A stretch of 64,000 nucleotides of DNA, taken from the NCBI GenBank assembly GCA_973895155.1, contig OZ316895.1, positions 2,281,659-2,345,658 of the forward strand. Direction: 5' to 3'. The notes under the pieces were generated by a model that ran no database searches, had not been told where the DNA came from, and saw nothing but the letters and a program-made list of their open reading frames with translations. Positions 48,900-60,900 of this stretch are shown here, in pieces. Position numbers and translations under genes: made by a program. Source of the stretch: Marsupella aquatica (taxonomy: Eukaryota > Plantae > Marchantiophyta). The stretch's first letter is position 1, and each line of letters begins with the position of its first letter.

Positions 48900-51091
48900 A
48901 TATGTAATTTTGTTATTTCTTCTCATGATCTGCGTACTAAATGTCAAACTAAATGTCAACCAGGATGGAAGGTCCTTGGCCGTTCGATTATAACTACCGG
49001 GATAACTACAATTCCCTAACCATGAGATAGACCTAGAGGTCTCACTGTGCACCTTTTCCAAGCCTAACCCATCATTCTCCATAGCTCACACACTCCTTGA
49101 AATACTCTTGTCAGGCCAACTTGCAGATTTTCCTGGCCGTCTCACCTATGCTTGCTAGCACTTACACTCAATATCGCTTACTATTGATATTATTATGCAA
49201 TGCACAGGAATTGAACTTTCTTTAGATTACCTAAACCACCTCACTTTGTATTGCTTGGAGGATTATCAGTAGTAGTCCTCTGGGGTAGAAGAACAGTCAA
49301 GGAGAGTACCTAGAAGTGCCTTTATGGCAATGTTAGACTCGCTCCTCCCACTGCCCCTCCTGCTACCTGCATGTTGGTTGTATCTTTGACTAAAGTTGAG
49401 ACTAAAGTTTGTCCAGGATACCCCACTTTGGGTGCGGTTTATGTTAAACCACCACTGGCCATATAAAAAGAGAAGTGCCCAAGACTTCTCCCTCTTTCAC
49501 ATTTCTCTCCTCTAGAGTGAGACTTTGCTCCACAATCTCAGGAAAAAATACCAAAAATGGTGAAATCTGTGGAACCAGGTTTTTGTCATGGCTTTGGCTC
49601 TTTAAAAAGAAATTGAGTGCATCTAACATGGTTCAAACCCACAACCTGCACCCTCCCATATAGCTATGCCCATTTGGATGACCAGTTGCATCCACTAGTG
49701 ACAATGCAATTTTTCCACTCAAACAGGCTTGGGCAGCAGGAGGAGTGAGTGTCCCATACAGGTACTTCCAGGGACTCATCTCCCTGGATGGAGAAGATGG
49801 AATCCCCTGGTCCACAATTAATTTCAAACTCAAAATTCTTTAGAAAAATTTGTATGGGGGATAAGTGAGTGACCCATCCCCTATTGGCAATCATGGGCAC
49901 CTTGGTTCACAACCCATAAACCCCCCAGGGATGGGTTGCCGTACACATCTCCACATTGATAGTGATTGAGGACCTTCACAACTCTAAGAGATCCAAAAGC
50001 CCACAAGGGCCAATGTAGTTTGCTCAATATCCAAAACATTGCTTTTCATTTGAGTGGCTTCAGCAAGGAAGAGCAGTCTGAGTTGCAAGAATGTGGTTGT
50101 CTTTTCGATCACTTAGAGTATTTTTCAAAAGGTTGGTTGTGAGTATGAGGTAGTAAGGGGCAGTTGGGGAGTCCTCATTGACAATATATTGAATATGAAC
50201 TCTGATTCTTTCAAAAATGGCTCCAGTTTGGGACAAACATATCTCCCTACTTACCCTTCAAACTGTCCTTTAGTTTGCTCTCCCTAACTGTTAGTGTACA
50301 CCTTGAAAACACCACAATATCTTTCCCTCCTATAGGAGCTCTTTTGACTCAGAAACCATCCAAGTTTTGTGGCTCATCAAGTGTGGGTTACTTTTTCATA
50401 AAATCTCCACCTGTTTCCAGGAAGTTTGGGCTCTTATCAAGGATAAAGCTCTTTAACTCCTCTCAGTCCACCTCTCAATTCTTAGACATAAACCCCCTAC
50501 TAGTGACTAATGCTTTGCCCTCCTCTCTCGCCCCAAACGATGCCTTCATTCAAACTCTCACCTCGCATACATCTGTGGCCCAGCATATTAACAAGGAGCG
50601 TCTTACTTTCAATGATTAGCTTTCCCACTCATACACACTCTTGTCTTCGCTTTATATCCTTCTACTTAGGGATAGCTGGATTCAAATCCTAGGCAACTTT
50701 ACTCTGCTTTGAACCATGGTGCTAGCAAGGGTTACCCTTCTGACATGTTGGACACCCACTTCGACACCCACGTCCTTGCCTATGGGCAGAAGCAACAGGG
50801 TGTTTGAGGAGTCAAGCTGGTTACTATAAAATATACTAGTCAAGTACATTACACAAGTCCGGTGACTTACGTGGGGTGTCATTATTCCTCATAGTAAAGT
50901 AAGAGTAAGTTGTGGCGCAAGTGAGTATGCCTACAAATTGTTTTTATGTCTAGGACATGAAAATCATAGAAGTGTATTGACATGACAAGAGATTGACAGT
51001 CACAACTATAAAGGCCTTTACCTAGAGAAGAAACCAACCTCTACCCAAACACTCTTGAAATACCAACCTATTCCTTATAAAGCTAGTTGCC
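48900..51091 (-). mobile_element. Highly degenerate retroelement-like (possibly LINE ORF1) remnant
   Basis: Stop- and frameshift-ridden minus-strand coding-like sequence with a broken Cys/His knuckle-like segment near 49630-49570. No intact domain is recognisable. Confidence 0.3.
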
Positions 51092-51543
51092 TTAGAGCAT
51101 CTCCAACGGTTTGGAGATTTCGGGCTGCTATCGCCATCGTATGGCGGAACAAATGGCGCCTGCTAAAACTCCAGAGTCGCCATCCTAAACGTAGTCCCCA
51201 CCGGTGACTCGCCATTCTGACCCCACCCCATAAAGCCCACGTACAAACTGGGGCCCACCTGGTCTCACACGAAGCCAGCAGAGCTCATCACGTTGGTCTC
51301 CCTTGCATTTGCGATGATCCCTCTCCTCTGGTTCTTGCAGACCTCGACGCCCACCTCTGAGGATAGGATAGAAACGTACACAGGCAGCATGTCAATCCTG
51401 GGGATTTAATTTTTTTTGTGTTTTGTGTTGTGTGCTTGCCTTCATGATGCTCACGCTTTCATATTGCCACCAGCTTGACCCTGTTTTGATCGAGAGAAAA
51501 TCATTCCCTTCGACAAACCAGGCCTGTACTTCATTGGCTGAAA

Positions 51544-52842
51544 ATGGACCTCGAAAGGTGGCTGGCAGATGTCGAGGAAGAATTGGATGAGGAGGAGGCT
51601 GATTGGAATGAGGAGCAACGCTTTTGGGAATTGATGATGTTCACTGGACCCCTTTCCATTCAGAATTTGGGCCAACACCCAAGGAAAAGAAAGCACGGAG
51701 GGTCTAGACCAAGCAGGAATCAGAATGTGGAGAGGCGTAGAGAAACAGGGGCAGAAGACCTATGGAACGATTACTTTTCTGATACGCCAACCTATGATGA
51801 ATTGAAATTCAGGAGGAGATTCAGAATGAGTAGTAGGTTGTTTAACAGAATTCTTCTTGATGTGTGTGCTCATGACACTTATTTCTTTCTAAAGATTGAT
51901 GCTGCAAGGAAGGTAGGGTTGTCTCCACATCAGAAATTGACAGCAGCATTGAGGCAATTGGCTTATGGAATTGGAGTAGATGCTTTGGATGAGTATTGTA
52001 GAATTGCTGAAAGCACTGCATTGGAGTTTCTTTATCAATTTGTGAAAGCCATCAGAGAGTTGTATGAGGGTCAGTACTTGAGGAAGCCAACAGCTGCTGA
52101 TTTCATAAATCAGCTTCAGATTAATGCACAGCGAGGTTTCCCAGGTATGTTTGGTTCATTGGATTGCATGCACTGGGCATGGAAGAATTGTCCTGTTGCT
52201 TGGCAGGGCCAATACACTGACAAGGACAAGAATAAGTCCATCATACTAGAAGCTATTGCAGATCAAGAATTGTGGATTTGGCATGCCTTTTTTGGGCTGG
52301 CTGGGGGAAACAATGATCTGAATGTCTTGGATCGCTCTCCACTTCTAAATGAATGGTTACGCAATGATTCGGCCAATGTTAGTTTCCATGTCAATGGTAC
52401 AGAGTACAAACGAGCTTATCTTTTGGTGGATGGAATCTATCCAAAGTGGTCTATGTTTATATCCATTGTGCACATGCCACAATCAGAAAAACTGAAGCAC
52501 TTTGCAACATGCCAAGAGGTAGCAAGGAAGGATGTAGAGAGGGCTTTTGGGGTCCAAGCTAGATTTGAGATAGTCAAGAGGCCTGCACGTTCTTGGTATG
52601 AAAAAAATGTTGTGAATATTCTACTTGCATGTGTCATCTTGCACAATATGATTATTGAAGATGAAAGAGATGACAATTTCCCTCCATATTTGAGGGTTGG
52701 TGCTGCAAGAGTGAACAGGGGAAATCTGCCGTGGTTGGAGTTCCTTGCTGCAACAGCTGAAGTCAACAACAAGGGCAACCATTTCCGTCTCAGAAATGAC
52801 ATTGTTGACCACCTTTGGAGTCAAAAGGGATCTGGTGATTGA
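51544..52842 (+). CDS. PIF/Harbinger DDE transposase
   Basis: FRRRFRM, ALRQLAYG, GFPGMFGSLDCMHWAWKNCP, NNDLNVL, LVDGIYP, RKDVERAFG, CVILHNMIIEDE. Confidence 0.93.
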   Translation: MDLERWLADVEEELDEEEADWNEEQRFWELMMFTGPLSIQNLGQHPRKRKHGGSRPSRNQNVERRRETGAEDLWNDYFSDTPTYDELKFRRRFRMSSRLFNRILLDVCAHDTYFFLKIDAARKVGLSPHQKLTAALRQLAYGIGVDALDEYCRIAESTALEFLYQFVKAIRELYEGQYLRKPTAADFINQLQINAQRGFPGMFGSLDCMHWAWKNCPVAWQGQYTDKDKNKSIILEAIADQELWIWHAFFGLAGGNNDLNVLDRSPLLNEWLRNDSANVSFHVNGTEYKRAYLLVDGIYPKWSMFISIVHMPQSEKLKHFATCQEVARKDVERAFGVQARFEIVKRPARSWYEKNVVNILLACVILHNMIIEDERDDNFPPYLRVGAARVNRGNLPWLEFLAATAEVNNKGNHFRLRNDIVDHLWSQKGSGD

Positions 52843-53210
52843 AAGTCTGGTGAGTCTTTTCTCTTTGAATCCCACTTTTGTTTCTAAATGAATGTACGAG
52901 TTTGTCATTTGAAGGGGAGGGGGTACAAAGTCAAACTTGGCTTGACTAGTTCCACACATGCATTGACAGGTACAACACACTTGGGAGGTACTACCAAGGC
53001 CATTTGTTTCGTACCCAGGGAACCCAATTCCAAGGAAGCACGCAGTAGGTGTTGTCCTTGCCTCTCGAGTTTCTCACTCACACATTGTAGAGTAATCGGG
53101 GCAGGAAAAATTCGGGACTCATTCAGATGTTGATTCTCACTCGCATATTGTAGAGCTCAGTTCAGGCTCAGAGTGCATAGCTCAATTTCAGTTAGTTTTG
53201 TGAACCTGCA

Positions 53211-53595
53211 AATGAGGAGATCCGATGGAAGTGGGAGTACCGAGTCTTTAGTTGGAAGCACAGCTACAAGCGTCTTCCATCAAGCTGGCCCTTCCACTCA
53301 TCGGGCCAACATGGAGAAGTCGAAGCCGGTTCCTATGAAACCCACCGAAGGACCATGGAAGGTACCAAGAGAGCCAAAGATTAATGATCGACCAGCATTG
53401 TCGATGGAGCTTATGGAGTTTCAGCCAGAGAATTCTGAGGAGGCACGTCTCTTAGCAAGCATGGAGGATTCAGATGTTGATTTGGAAGATGCTGAGAGCT
53501 CCAACAAGGGCACTGGGAGTGCAGATTGCTATGTAGTGTACACACAGCGCCCCCCAGTCCAAAGCGTCGACCTAGGGCTCGATCTTAGACAGTGA
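53211..53595 (+). CDS. Unknown ORF or exon inside the Harbinger element
   Basis: ATG-initiated ~127-codon Ser/Glu/Asp/Pro-rich frame between the two canonical ORFs; no recognisable domain. Confidence 0.35.
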
Positions 53596-54040
53596 ATTGA
53601 TCAGAAGCTCTCAACATAGGGTCATGGGCGGGAATTTATGACTTCACAGTAAATAGCTCTCAATGTTAACTTCCTGAGAATAAGGTTGGAATCGGGAATG
53701 CCTGTGAGAGCATCGGGAAGACGAGGGATTTTGCTTATATTTATTAGGGATTTTGCAATCAGGAATGCATGTGAGGAACACGACCATGGGCGACAATTTT
53801 GTAAAGTGACAATTTTAATTAAATGACATGTTTTGGACTTGTATGTGTTTGCAATGTTGTTTTGAGATTTGAAGACACCAATTGGCTTTGGAGAGCTTGC
53901 AATTGATAGTTCAAAGAACCCATTTTTAATTCATGATGCTGGACACGAATACAACAATGAAGCCATTCACGGCTACAGGGGCTACAAAACTACACCTGCC
54001 TAGCCAATAAATCCTGGAACGAAAATCCAGGTTGAGAACC

Positions 54041-54976
54041 CTAAATTTTGTTCTCAAAATCTACAAGGTCATCTGCTACACCAGTGCTATGATTTGGGTC
54101 AATCGTGCTCTCAGGAAAAACCGGAATTGGAGTCTGAATAGCGACTGGAGCACTTGTTGACTTCTGCATCCTAGCTTTCAGCTTCATCGCCTCTTCTAGC
54201 GTCCACTGTCTAACAAAGTCACAAAGCTCTGGCTCCATGTTGTCGGTAGGCAGCGTCAGCAGTTTCATCAAGGAATTATTCTGCAAAGTGAGAACCCTGT
54301 CTTGATTCGCAACTGCCATCTCCTTTTGGGCATTTGTACTAACCTTCATAGCTTCTTGTTCTATCTTCATCCGCTTGTGATCCTCCTTGGCTCCCTTGTT
54401 TCCTTGAGGCCTCTTCCTCATGTCACATTGTTGATCTTCAGCCGCTTCGTCTTGGTCTTTATCAAAACTCTCATTGTCAGTGACAATTGGAGAGGGGCTC
54501 GAGTACTCGTTCTCGATTGTGTCACTCCTGAATCCGGCTGACTTCTTTCCCTTCCCTTTATTAACCATATCGTCTGCTGGATTCCCCCACCGTGGACAAT
54601 CTTTCAGAATCCAAAAGCAAGAATCGAAAGCAAAAGATTTCCCTTTGGGATGGTTCTGCTTAAACAATTCTTTCGCCTTCACCACAGTGTCGTCAGCATT
54701 TTTTCCTGAAATTTGATGGTCCTCTACCTGTTGAAAGCAACCTATGAACTTTGACACATCGTGTTTAATGTTAGACCCCTTCCCTTCAAGTGATTTTTGG
54801 CCCCTTGACTCGGCTCCCTTCGGTTTGTGCTTCTCGTAATGGTCAGTCACCCGATCCCAAAATCTCTCAGCCCTCTGCCCTACACCAACACAAGGATCTT
54901 GGGAGACATGGAGAACGCTGTAGCATAGCTGCTTCAGCTCTTCGGGTCCATAATTTTTCCCACGACTTGCTGCCAT
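54041..54976 (-). CDS. Harbinger Myb/SANT-like DNA-binding protein (NAM-associated-like C-terminus)
   Basis: RGKNYGPEELKQLCYSVLHVSQDPCVGVGQRAERFWDRV..Y, VSKF.GC, FAFDSCFWILKDCPRW, KRPQGNKGAKE. Probable ATG at 54976; frame open to 55147. Confidence 0.88.
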   Translation of the reverse strand: MAASRGKNYGPEELKQLCYSVLHVSQDPCVGVGQRAERFWDRVTDHYEKHKPKGAESRGQKSLEGKGSNIKHDVSKFIGCFQQVEDHQISGKNADDTVVKAKELFKQNHPKGKSFAFDSCFWILKDCPRWGNPADDMVNKGKGKKSAGFRSDTIENEYSSPSPIVTDNESFDKDQDEAAEDQQCDMRKRPQGNKGAKEDHKRMKIEQEAMKVSTNAQKEMAVANQDRVLTLQNNSLMKLLTLPTDNMEPELCDFVRQWTLEEAMKLKARMQKSTSAPVAIQTPIPVFPESTIDPNHSTGVADDLVDFENKI

Positions 54977-56224
54977 GTTCAAACCTTCGTACGCAAATTT
55001 CAGTGGATTCCTCGTGGGCACTGTCAATGTTGCACGATACTCTGTTGCCCATGAGAACTGTTCATCGGATGTCGTATGCTCATAGCGGGCCGCGGGAAAC
55101 AGTTCATATTCTGGCGCCAGTAGTGACACCTTCACATCGCGTGCCAAGGGGAGCCACTACTGTCGTCGATTCCTTTGGGGGCTGGCGGAGGGGTTCCGAA
55201 TGGCGACCGCCTTTCCGCCCGAAAGTAGCGGCAACAAGGTATACAATGTAGCGGCATCCTGCAAATGTTTCCGGATGGCGACACCGTTGGAGAACCATTT
55301 TTTCTCAAAGAGAACGCTATTCAGCCATTTGGCGTTTGCGGGGCCCTTTGGAGGCTCCGTTGGAGATGCTCTTAGATTGGTCATCACTAACAAATAGGGA
55401 AAAGTCTTGTTGGACTTCAGACAAGTTTTGACTAATGAGTCTGTTATGGAGAATCATGTTTGGACTTAACAAGGCCCCTCTACCATCTTCTGGATCTAAC
55501 AATCCAGCAAGTCACCTTAAGACTTAACAGGGCCCCTATCACTGTGCACCTTTGTTAGTTCTTATTGGGTCCTTCTGATGCCTTGCTGAGCTTATTCCAA
55601 GAACATGGGCAACACCATGCAGTACAGCCCAATAGAGTGCAATACGACACATTTAGCAAAAATTTACCTCTCCTAAAAGTTTTTGTGTGGCCAAAGGAGT
55701 GGATTTTTTTTGTTTGGAAGCAAATGTCGGGTCGGGTCGGGGAGGGTAGCGGAGGGAAGAACTTTGTGTGAGAGGGCCTGTTTTACACATCAGAGCGAAA
55801 GCATTAATTTTAAGTGATTAAAGATCTAAATTGGATTAAAAAGGGGAGGGAGAGACAGGAATGCAAGGAATGATCGAAAAACGGTAAAGAAAACAAGATG
55901 GTGGGAAAAGTCAAATGCTGTTTGGGAACTTGGAAAAATTCCAATGCCTGATTTTGGAAAAGACCGAGGTCCATTTGTTGTGTTGTGCAAATGAAGGGAA
56001 GTTGTTTGTGCTACTAGTAATTTTTGCACTGATTGTGTTGGAGAGGAAACATTCTGTCCTAAGAGGTAATAGTTGTGAAAGGTATGGGGTCGCAGAACTT
56101 GATTATCCTAACTACCACTTAGCTCTGGCATTGCTGATTCCGACACCAAGCTACTCCTGGTCCAGGCCCCTGGAACGGCCATCCTGTGGGAACTAATATG
56201 AGAAGACTTGTGGATAATGAAGCG

Positions 56225-56357
56225 TTGCTCTAGCAATGACAATGCACTAAGCTGGTGAGCTAGTGGCGCACACAAAGAACTTAAACCATTGCTCTAGCAA
56301 TGGCAATGCACTAAGCTGGTGAGCTAGTGGCGTACACAAAGAACTTAAATCGTTGGA
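56225..56357. repeat. ~64-bp tandem duplication
   Basis: TTGCTCTAGCAATG.CAATGCACTAAGCTGGTGAGCTAGTGGCG.ACACAAAGAACTTAAA occurs twice. Confidence 0.9.
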
Positions 56358-56904
56358 AGCTGGTCAGGTCACAAGACGGGCCGAGCTCAGAGGTGGACCA
56401 TCCATACTCTCAGATGGACTCTGAATTCTGAAGACTTGAATGAGAAATCTTTTTGGGCCCAAGGCCAAAGAAATTTACTTCATACAGAATAGACACTTGG
56501 CACATGATATACCACATGATATACGGCATGGCTCGAGTGTAGCCATCCGGGATCCTCGAATGATGATGAGTTCAGAGAGCCCAGGCCTGAACACTCTCAT
56601 CCATCCAAGATTTGCCAACGACCCTCCTGATTTTCTGTAAAGTAATTTGCTTTGGAGTTGTAAAATGCTTTTTAAAGAAGCTTACCTCAGGCTCTGAGAG
56701 AGGAGGGGAGCTTCTAGTTCATGTCCGATGAAGATCTTCAGGGATAGTCCCCAAGCTGAGGGCTTGTTTAATATTGATAAAGTTATCAACCCACGGCCAC
56801 ATGAGTAATTCCCCCTGCTCACTAGGCTTCAGTGCTGGGAAGCGTTGGGGGCCTACCCCTCTTGCCAGCAAAGTAAAGGTCAGGAGGCATCACCGGACCG
56901 AGCA

Positions 56905-57055
56905 AGTAGGATGGCAACATCGATTTCTTATCAAACACATTTTCTGCGGTGAAAGCTCCATGGTAGGAATGGCAACATCTATTTCTTATCAAACACATTC
57001 TGCGTTGAAAACGCAATGGTAGGAATGGCAACATCGAATGGTTGAAAACGCCATT
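56905..57055. repeat. ~56-bp degenerate tandem repeat, about 2.5 copies
   Basis: GTAGGA(A)TGGCAACATC occurs three times; ATTTCTTATCAAACACATT twice. Confidence 0.8.
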
Positions 57056-57924
57056 GGCTGACAGTGCTTCCTAATAGAGAATGGTTTCTTGGGTATAGGA
57101 GTCCTTTCGGCAGAGCAACGGTAGGTTTAGTCTCCAACATAATCAGATCAGGGTCAACATCTCCTCGAGGCAATTTGCTTTTTCTCATATCAAAATTAAT
57201 TGATTCGCTTCGTGAGGGACCTGAAACTCAGGGAAGGTCAGTCCACAAATTTCGTGTTTGGGAAATAGATGTTAGATTTCCCCCTCAAGGAGCCGACTGT
57301 CTGTTTCAGGGGGTTGATGTGGAGCTTTCCCAGAAAAGAATCTTCATTAACGAATCGAACACTACTTGTAGAAGTCTAGATTCCCGGCAAATAAAGAGTT
57401 TTTTCCAAAATGGACAACTAGCGGAACTATGATCCTATGAAACTTCCATCATTATCCATTATGACGTCCCGCTAATTGATAAAAGCATCCTTCAAGTAGC
57501 TAGTGAACAACCCGATGGGCAGTAAGTTTACCGAAAAGCTTCATCATCACACAACTATGTAACATTAATAAACTCTTTATACGAACTGTGATGGCCAAAT
57601 AAATTAGGAACCTATCGTTCTGGGTTGGGTATGAGCAGAATAAAGTCGCGAGCTAACAGTGTTCTCCGTTTGACCAGCATTTGGTTAGTTGTGGTATAAC
57701 TTTGGTTAGCATTTCTCAAACAGGTAGGATACCGCTAATGAAAAACTTTAATGGGAAGGGGGCTGCCAATTAATCCCTTTCTCGAAATGATTACAGTAAT
57801 AGAAGTGCTGCCCTATACAGTGTTGCTAGAGAAACTTCGTGACAAGATCTATTCGACTTCTGCAGACATCACAAGAATGCTACTTACGTGACTTAGTGCT
57901 TAAAAATTGCACTTTCCCGGCTAA

Positions 57925-60900
57925 TTACCTTAATGTTTGACGAACTTTAATCATTTGCTTCAAGGCCGTAAGCCACACACTACACTCATCCCAATCACTT
58001 GTTGTCAAATCCACCTGCATCACGAGATTAAGATCGTCATTGATGGCAACGTTGGTAGACATGACAAGAGCATCACATTCTGAACCGATACCTCAAAGCA
58101 TGCATTAGAGAAATGTATGGTACCTGTATTTGTAATGCCGACCCAAAGTCACCAACATCCAAAGCCTGACAAAGTTGAATTAATTTCGAAGAGGCGTTTG
58201 CAGAAATGTCTGCAGTATTCAACTTCAAAAACAGAGTTCCGAGCTTCTTCGAATTATTATCTATTTCGCGCCTTTTAGCAGGGATTGCACGACTACCACC
58301 GAAAGCTTCCGACGTTTCATTGAATAGTCTTGTCAAAGTCGTAACTACAGGCTTCAATTCAGCTGAAACAGGGAAACACATTATGTTAAGAGAGAGACTA
58401 AGAAAATATGTCGCTTACAACGTGCAAGAGGAACAATCATTTCACCTACAGAGAAATGTCACGGTCACAGAAGCCCTATGCAAACTGAAAAAGAGTCTGG
58501 TCTTAGTAAATAACATCGGCCCCATGCTGTGGTAATAAAGATGCTAAATGTGCAAATGCAGGTAATAACACACAGCAAATAATCTACCTGATACATTTGA
58601 GGTATCCACATTCTGAACTGTTGGAGCTGGAGCAGGAGGGGCAACTGGTGCAGGGGTGCTGGTGAGTTGAGGGCTTTGAATTTTTGCAGGTGCTCCTGGA
58701 CCTGATGTAGAGAGTGGTTGCAACCTCGGGCTGGCTGGCATAAAAGTTTGTCTGGGAGGAGGCGCGACCGGTTCTGGCATAAAGGTCTGGGTGGGTGCAA
58801 CTGGCTTGAAGGTTTGGGAAGGTGCAACTGGCATGTAAGGCTGCGATGGTACACCTGGTGTGAAGGATTGTGACGGTACACCTGGGGTATAGGACTGTGA
58901 CGGCACACCTGGGGTATAGGACTGTGACGGTACACCTGGAGTGAAGGGCTGTGACGGTACTCCCGGAGTGAAAGACTGTGACGGTACACCGGAAGTGTAA
59001 GATTGTGAAGGTACACCTGGAGTGAAGGGCTGTGAGGGTACACCCGGAGTGAAGGGCTGTCCATCATTGCTTCTCCATGATTCGGTCGCAGCCGTATAAT
59101 ATCCTGAGCGATTCGCAGGAGCTGTAGCACTAGGTGTCGGTCTATATCCATAATCCTCAGATCTTCCGTAGCCACCATTGATATCACCCTTTTGTCCATA
59201 CCCACCGAGAGTAGGCTGCTGTGCGAAGTTCTGCAAATCAAAAACCATTACAAAACCAAAAATCTAAACAGCCACCTTCAACACGGAGAATTACAAGCAC
59301 CTATCACGAAACAACCATTATCAATAAACTAGATCAAAGAAGTAAACTACTGTTCTTAAACCATCCATGATGAAAAATGACAAAAAAATTGTAGCATGCG
59401 AAGGTTCCCCAGCTAATGAACAGATTAGGTCAAATTTGGTAAGCTCGACCACTCATGTTCTGTTAAATGAGACCTATCTAACTTACCTGATAATTAGGTT
59501 GTGTGTTCTCTGCTGGTGGGTATGCCCTCGGGGACGGCTCTACAGGACTAGTCTCAACCTGGAAGGTCCGAGGGGATGCAACCTGAGGCTGCAACTGTGA
59601 AATAGAAGGCCAAGCCCCATGTTAGACAAGTGCTGTTCACCGGAAACCCTCGTACAAGAGAAAAAAAAGGACATCAAGTTCTCAACTTTCCCATTCACCT
59701 TTGCATATATTGGTAGTAGAATCAATACACATCTACTTCATTCCATTTATTCAAATCAGCCACCATGAGGAGCTAATCAGTCATGAACTATTTCTTAATA
59801 GTAAAAGCTGTGATGCCTGCTCTGTGCTATGCATTGCCTAGAACCATTGCTGTTGAAAGACATCAAACACCACCGAAAACTGAGATCACAAGTTTTCCCC
59901 TTACCAACTGAGAAACGGAGACCAACAAAAGACCCTTCCCAGATACTTGTCATGATCCAATATAATTGGTAACAGAGGCCCCTTCACAGAAACATTAGGA
60001 GCCAACTCCTCACGTTGCAGAAACTACGGAGCGCATAGACTCACCTGATAGTATGGTGATACATCCTCAGCTGCTGGATAGAGCCCGGGTGGGTATATCG
60101 CATGTCCTGAGAGATTCCGATGAACTTCTGGTTGTCCTACCTTTAGTTCCTGACTCTCCCATGGGACAGATGGTGCCTTAAATCGATAAGCCTCTAGAGC
60201 TGCAGTACGAAAATTCTCTTGAAAATTCTCTTAGAAAAACCACCGAATTGACACATCTAACTCTGTTTGCCATGCGTGATATTTCTCTTCGCGAAGTAAT
60301 TCACATCAAACTCAACTAACACAACAAAATCAATCCAAAACAGGTCCGACTGATTTTGTACTGTCACCTCTTGTATGACAAGCCAGAAGTTAAGTCCGGA
60401 GACAAGAGACTCTAAGACTAGACATAGAACAAATGAAAGAAAGATCAACACGAGAAATTCGAAGGGTTTGCTTGAGAGCATCTGCAGGATATTACAATAC
60501 AGAGACGTGCATAAACACAGACATTCTATTCGACGTCAAAGAAAGTACACCAGCGTACCTCCAGTGCCATAGATCCGATCCTGCAGAACAGATAGGTCAG
60601 GTGATGGTTCCTCGTCTGGCATGAGGGACAGATATTCCTGAGCTGTTGCCAGAAGCCCTTGACTGACCAACAACTCCGCATAATGCTGAACAACCTTGGC
60701 CAAAGAGGTACTAAGACGTTTCTGGCCAGTTGCAAGGCTCAAGACGACGACCTTTTCCATCAAAGTCTGTACAAGCCACCGATAACCGTATGACATTAAC
60801 TTCATCGCTACTTTAGCAATGTAAACAGCACCTCTAAGATCCGATTTTCATGGCTACATCATATACTTGAGGACTACGGTGAGAAGCGAAGCCTAGAGAC

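Larger units (their letters stand above)
51095..55371. mobile_element. Complete PIF/Harbinger DNA transposon, 4277 bp
   Basis: Perfect 15-bp TIRs GAGCATCTCCAACGG (51095-51109) and CCGTTGGAGATGCTC (55357-55371). TTA TSD at 51092-51094 and 55372-55374. Convergent transposase and Myb/SANT-like ORFs. Confidence 0.95.
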
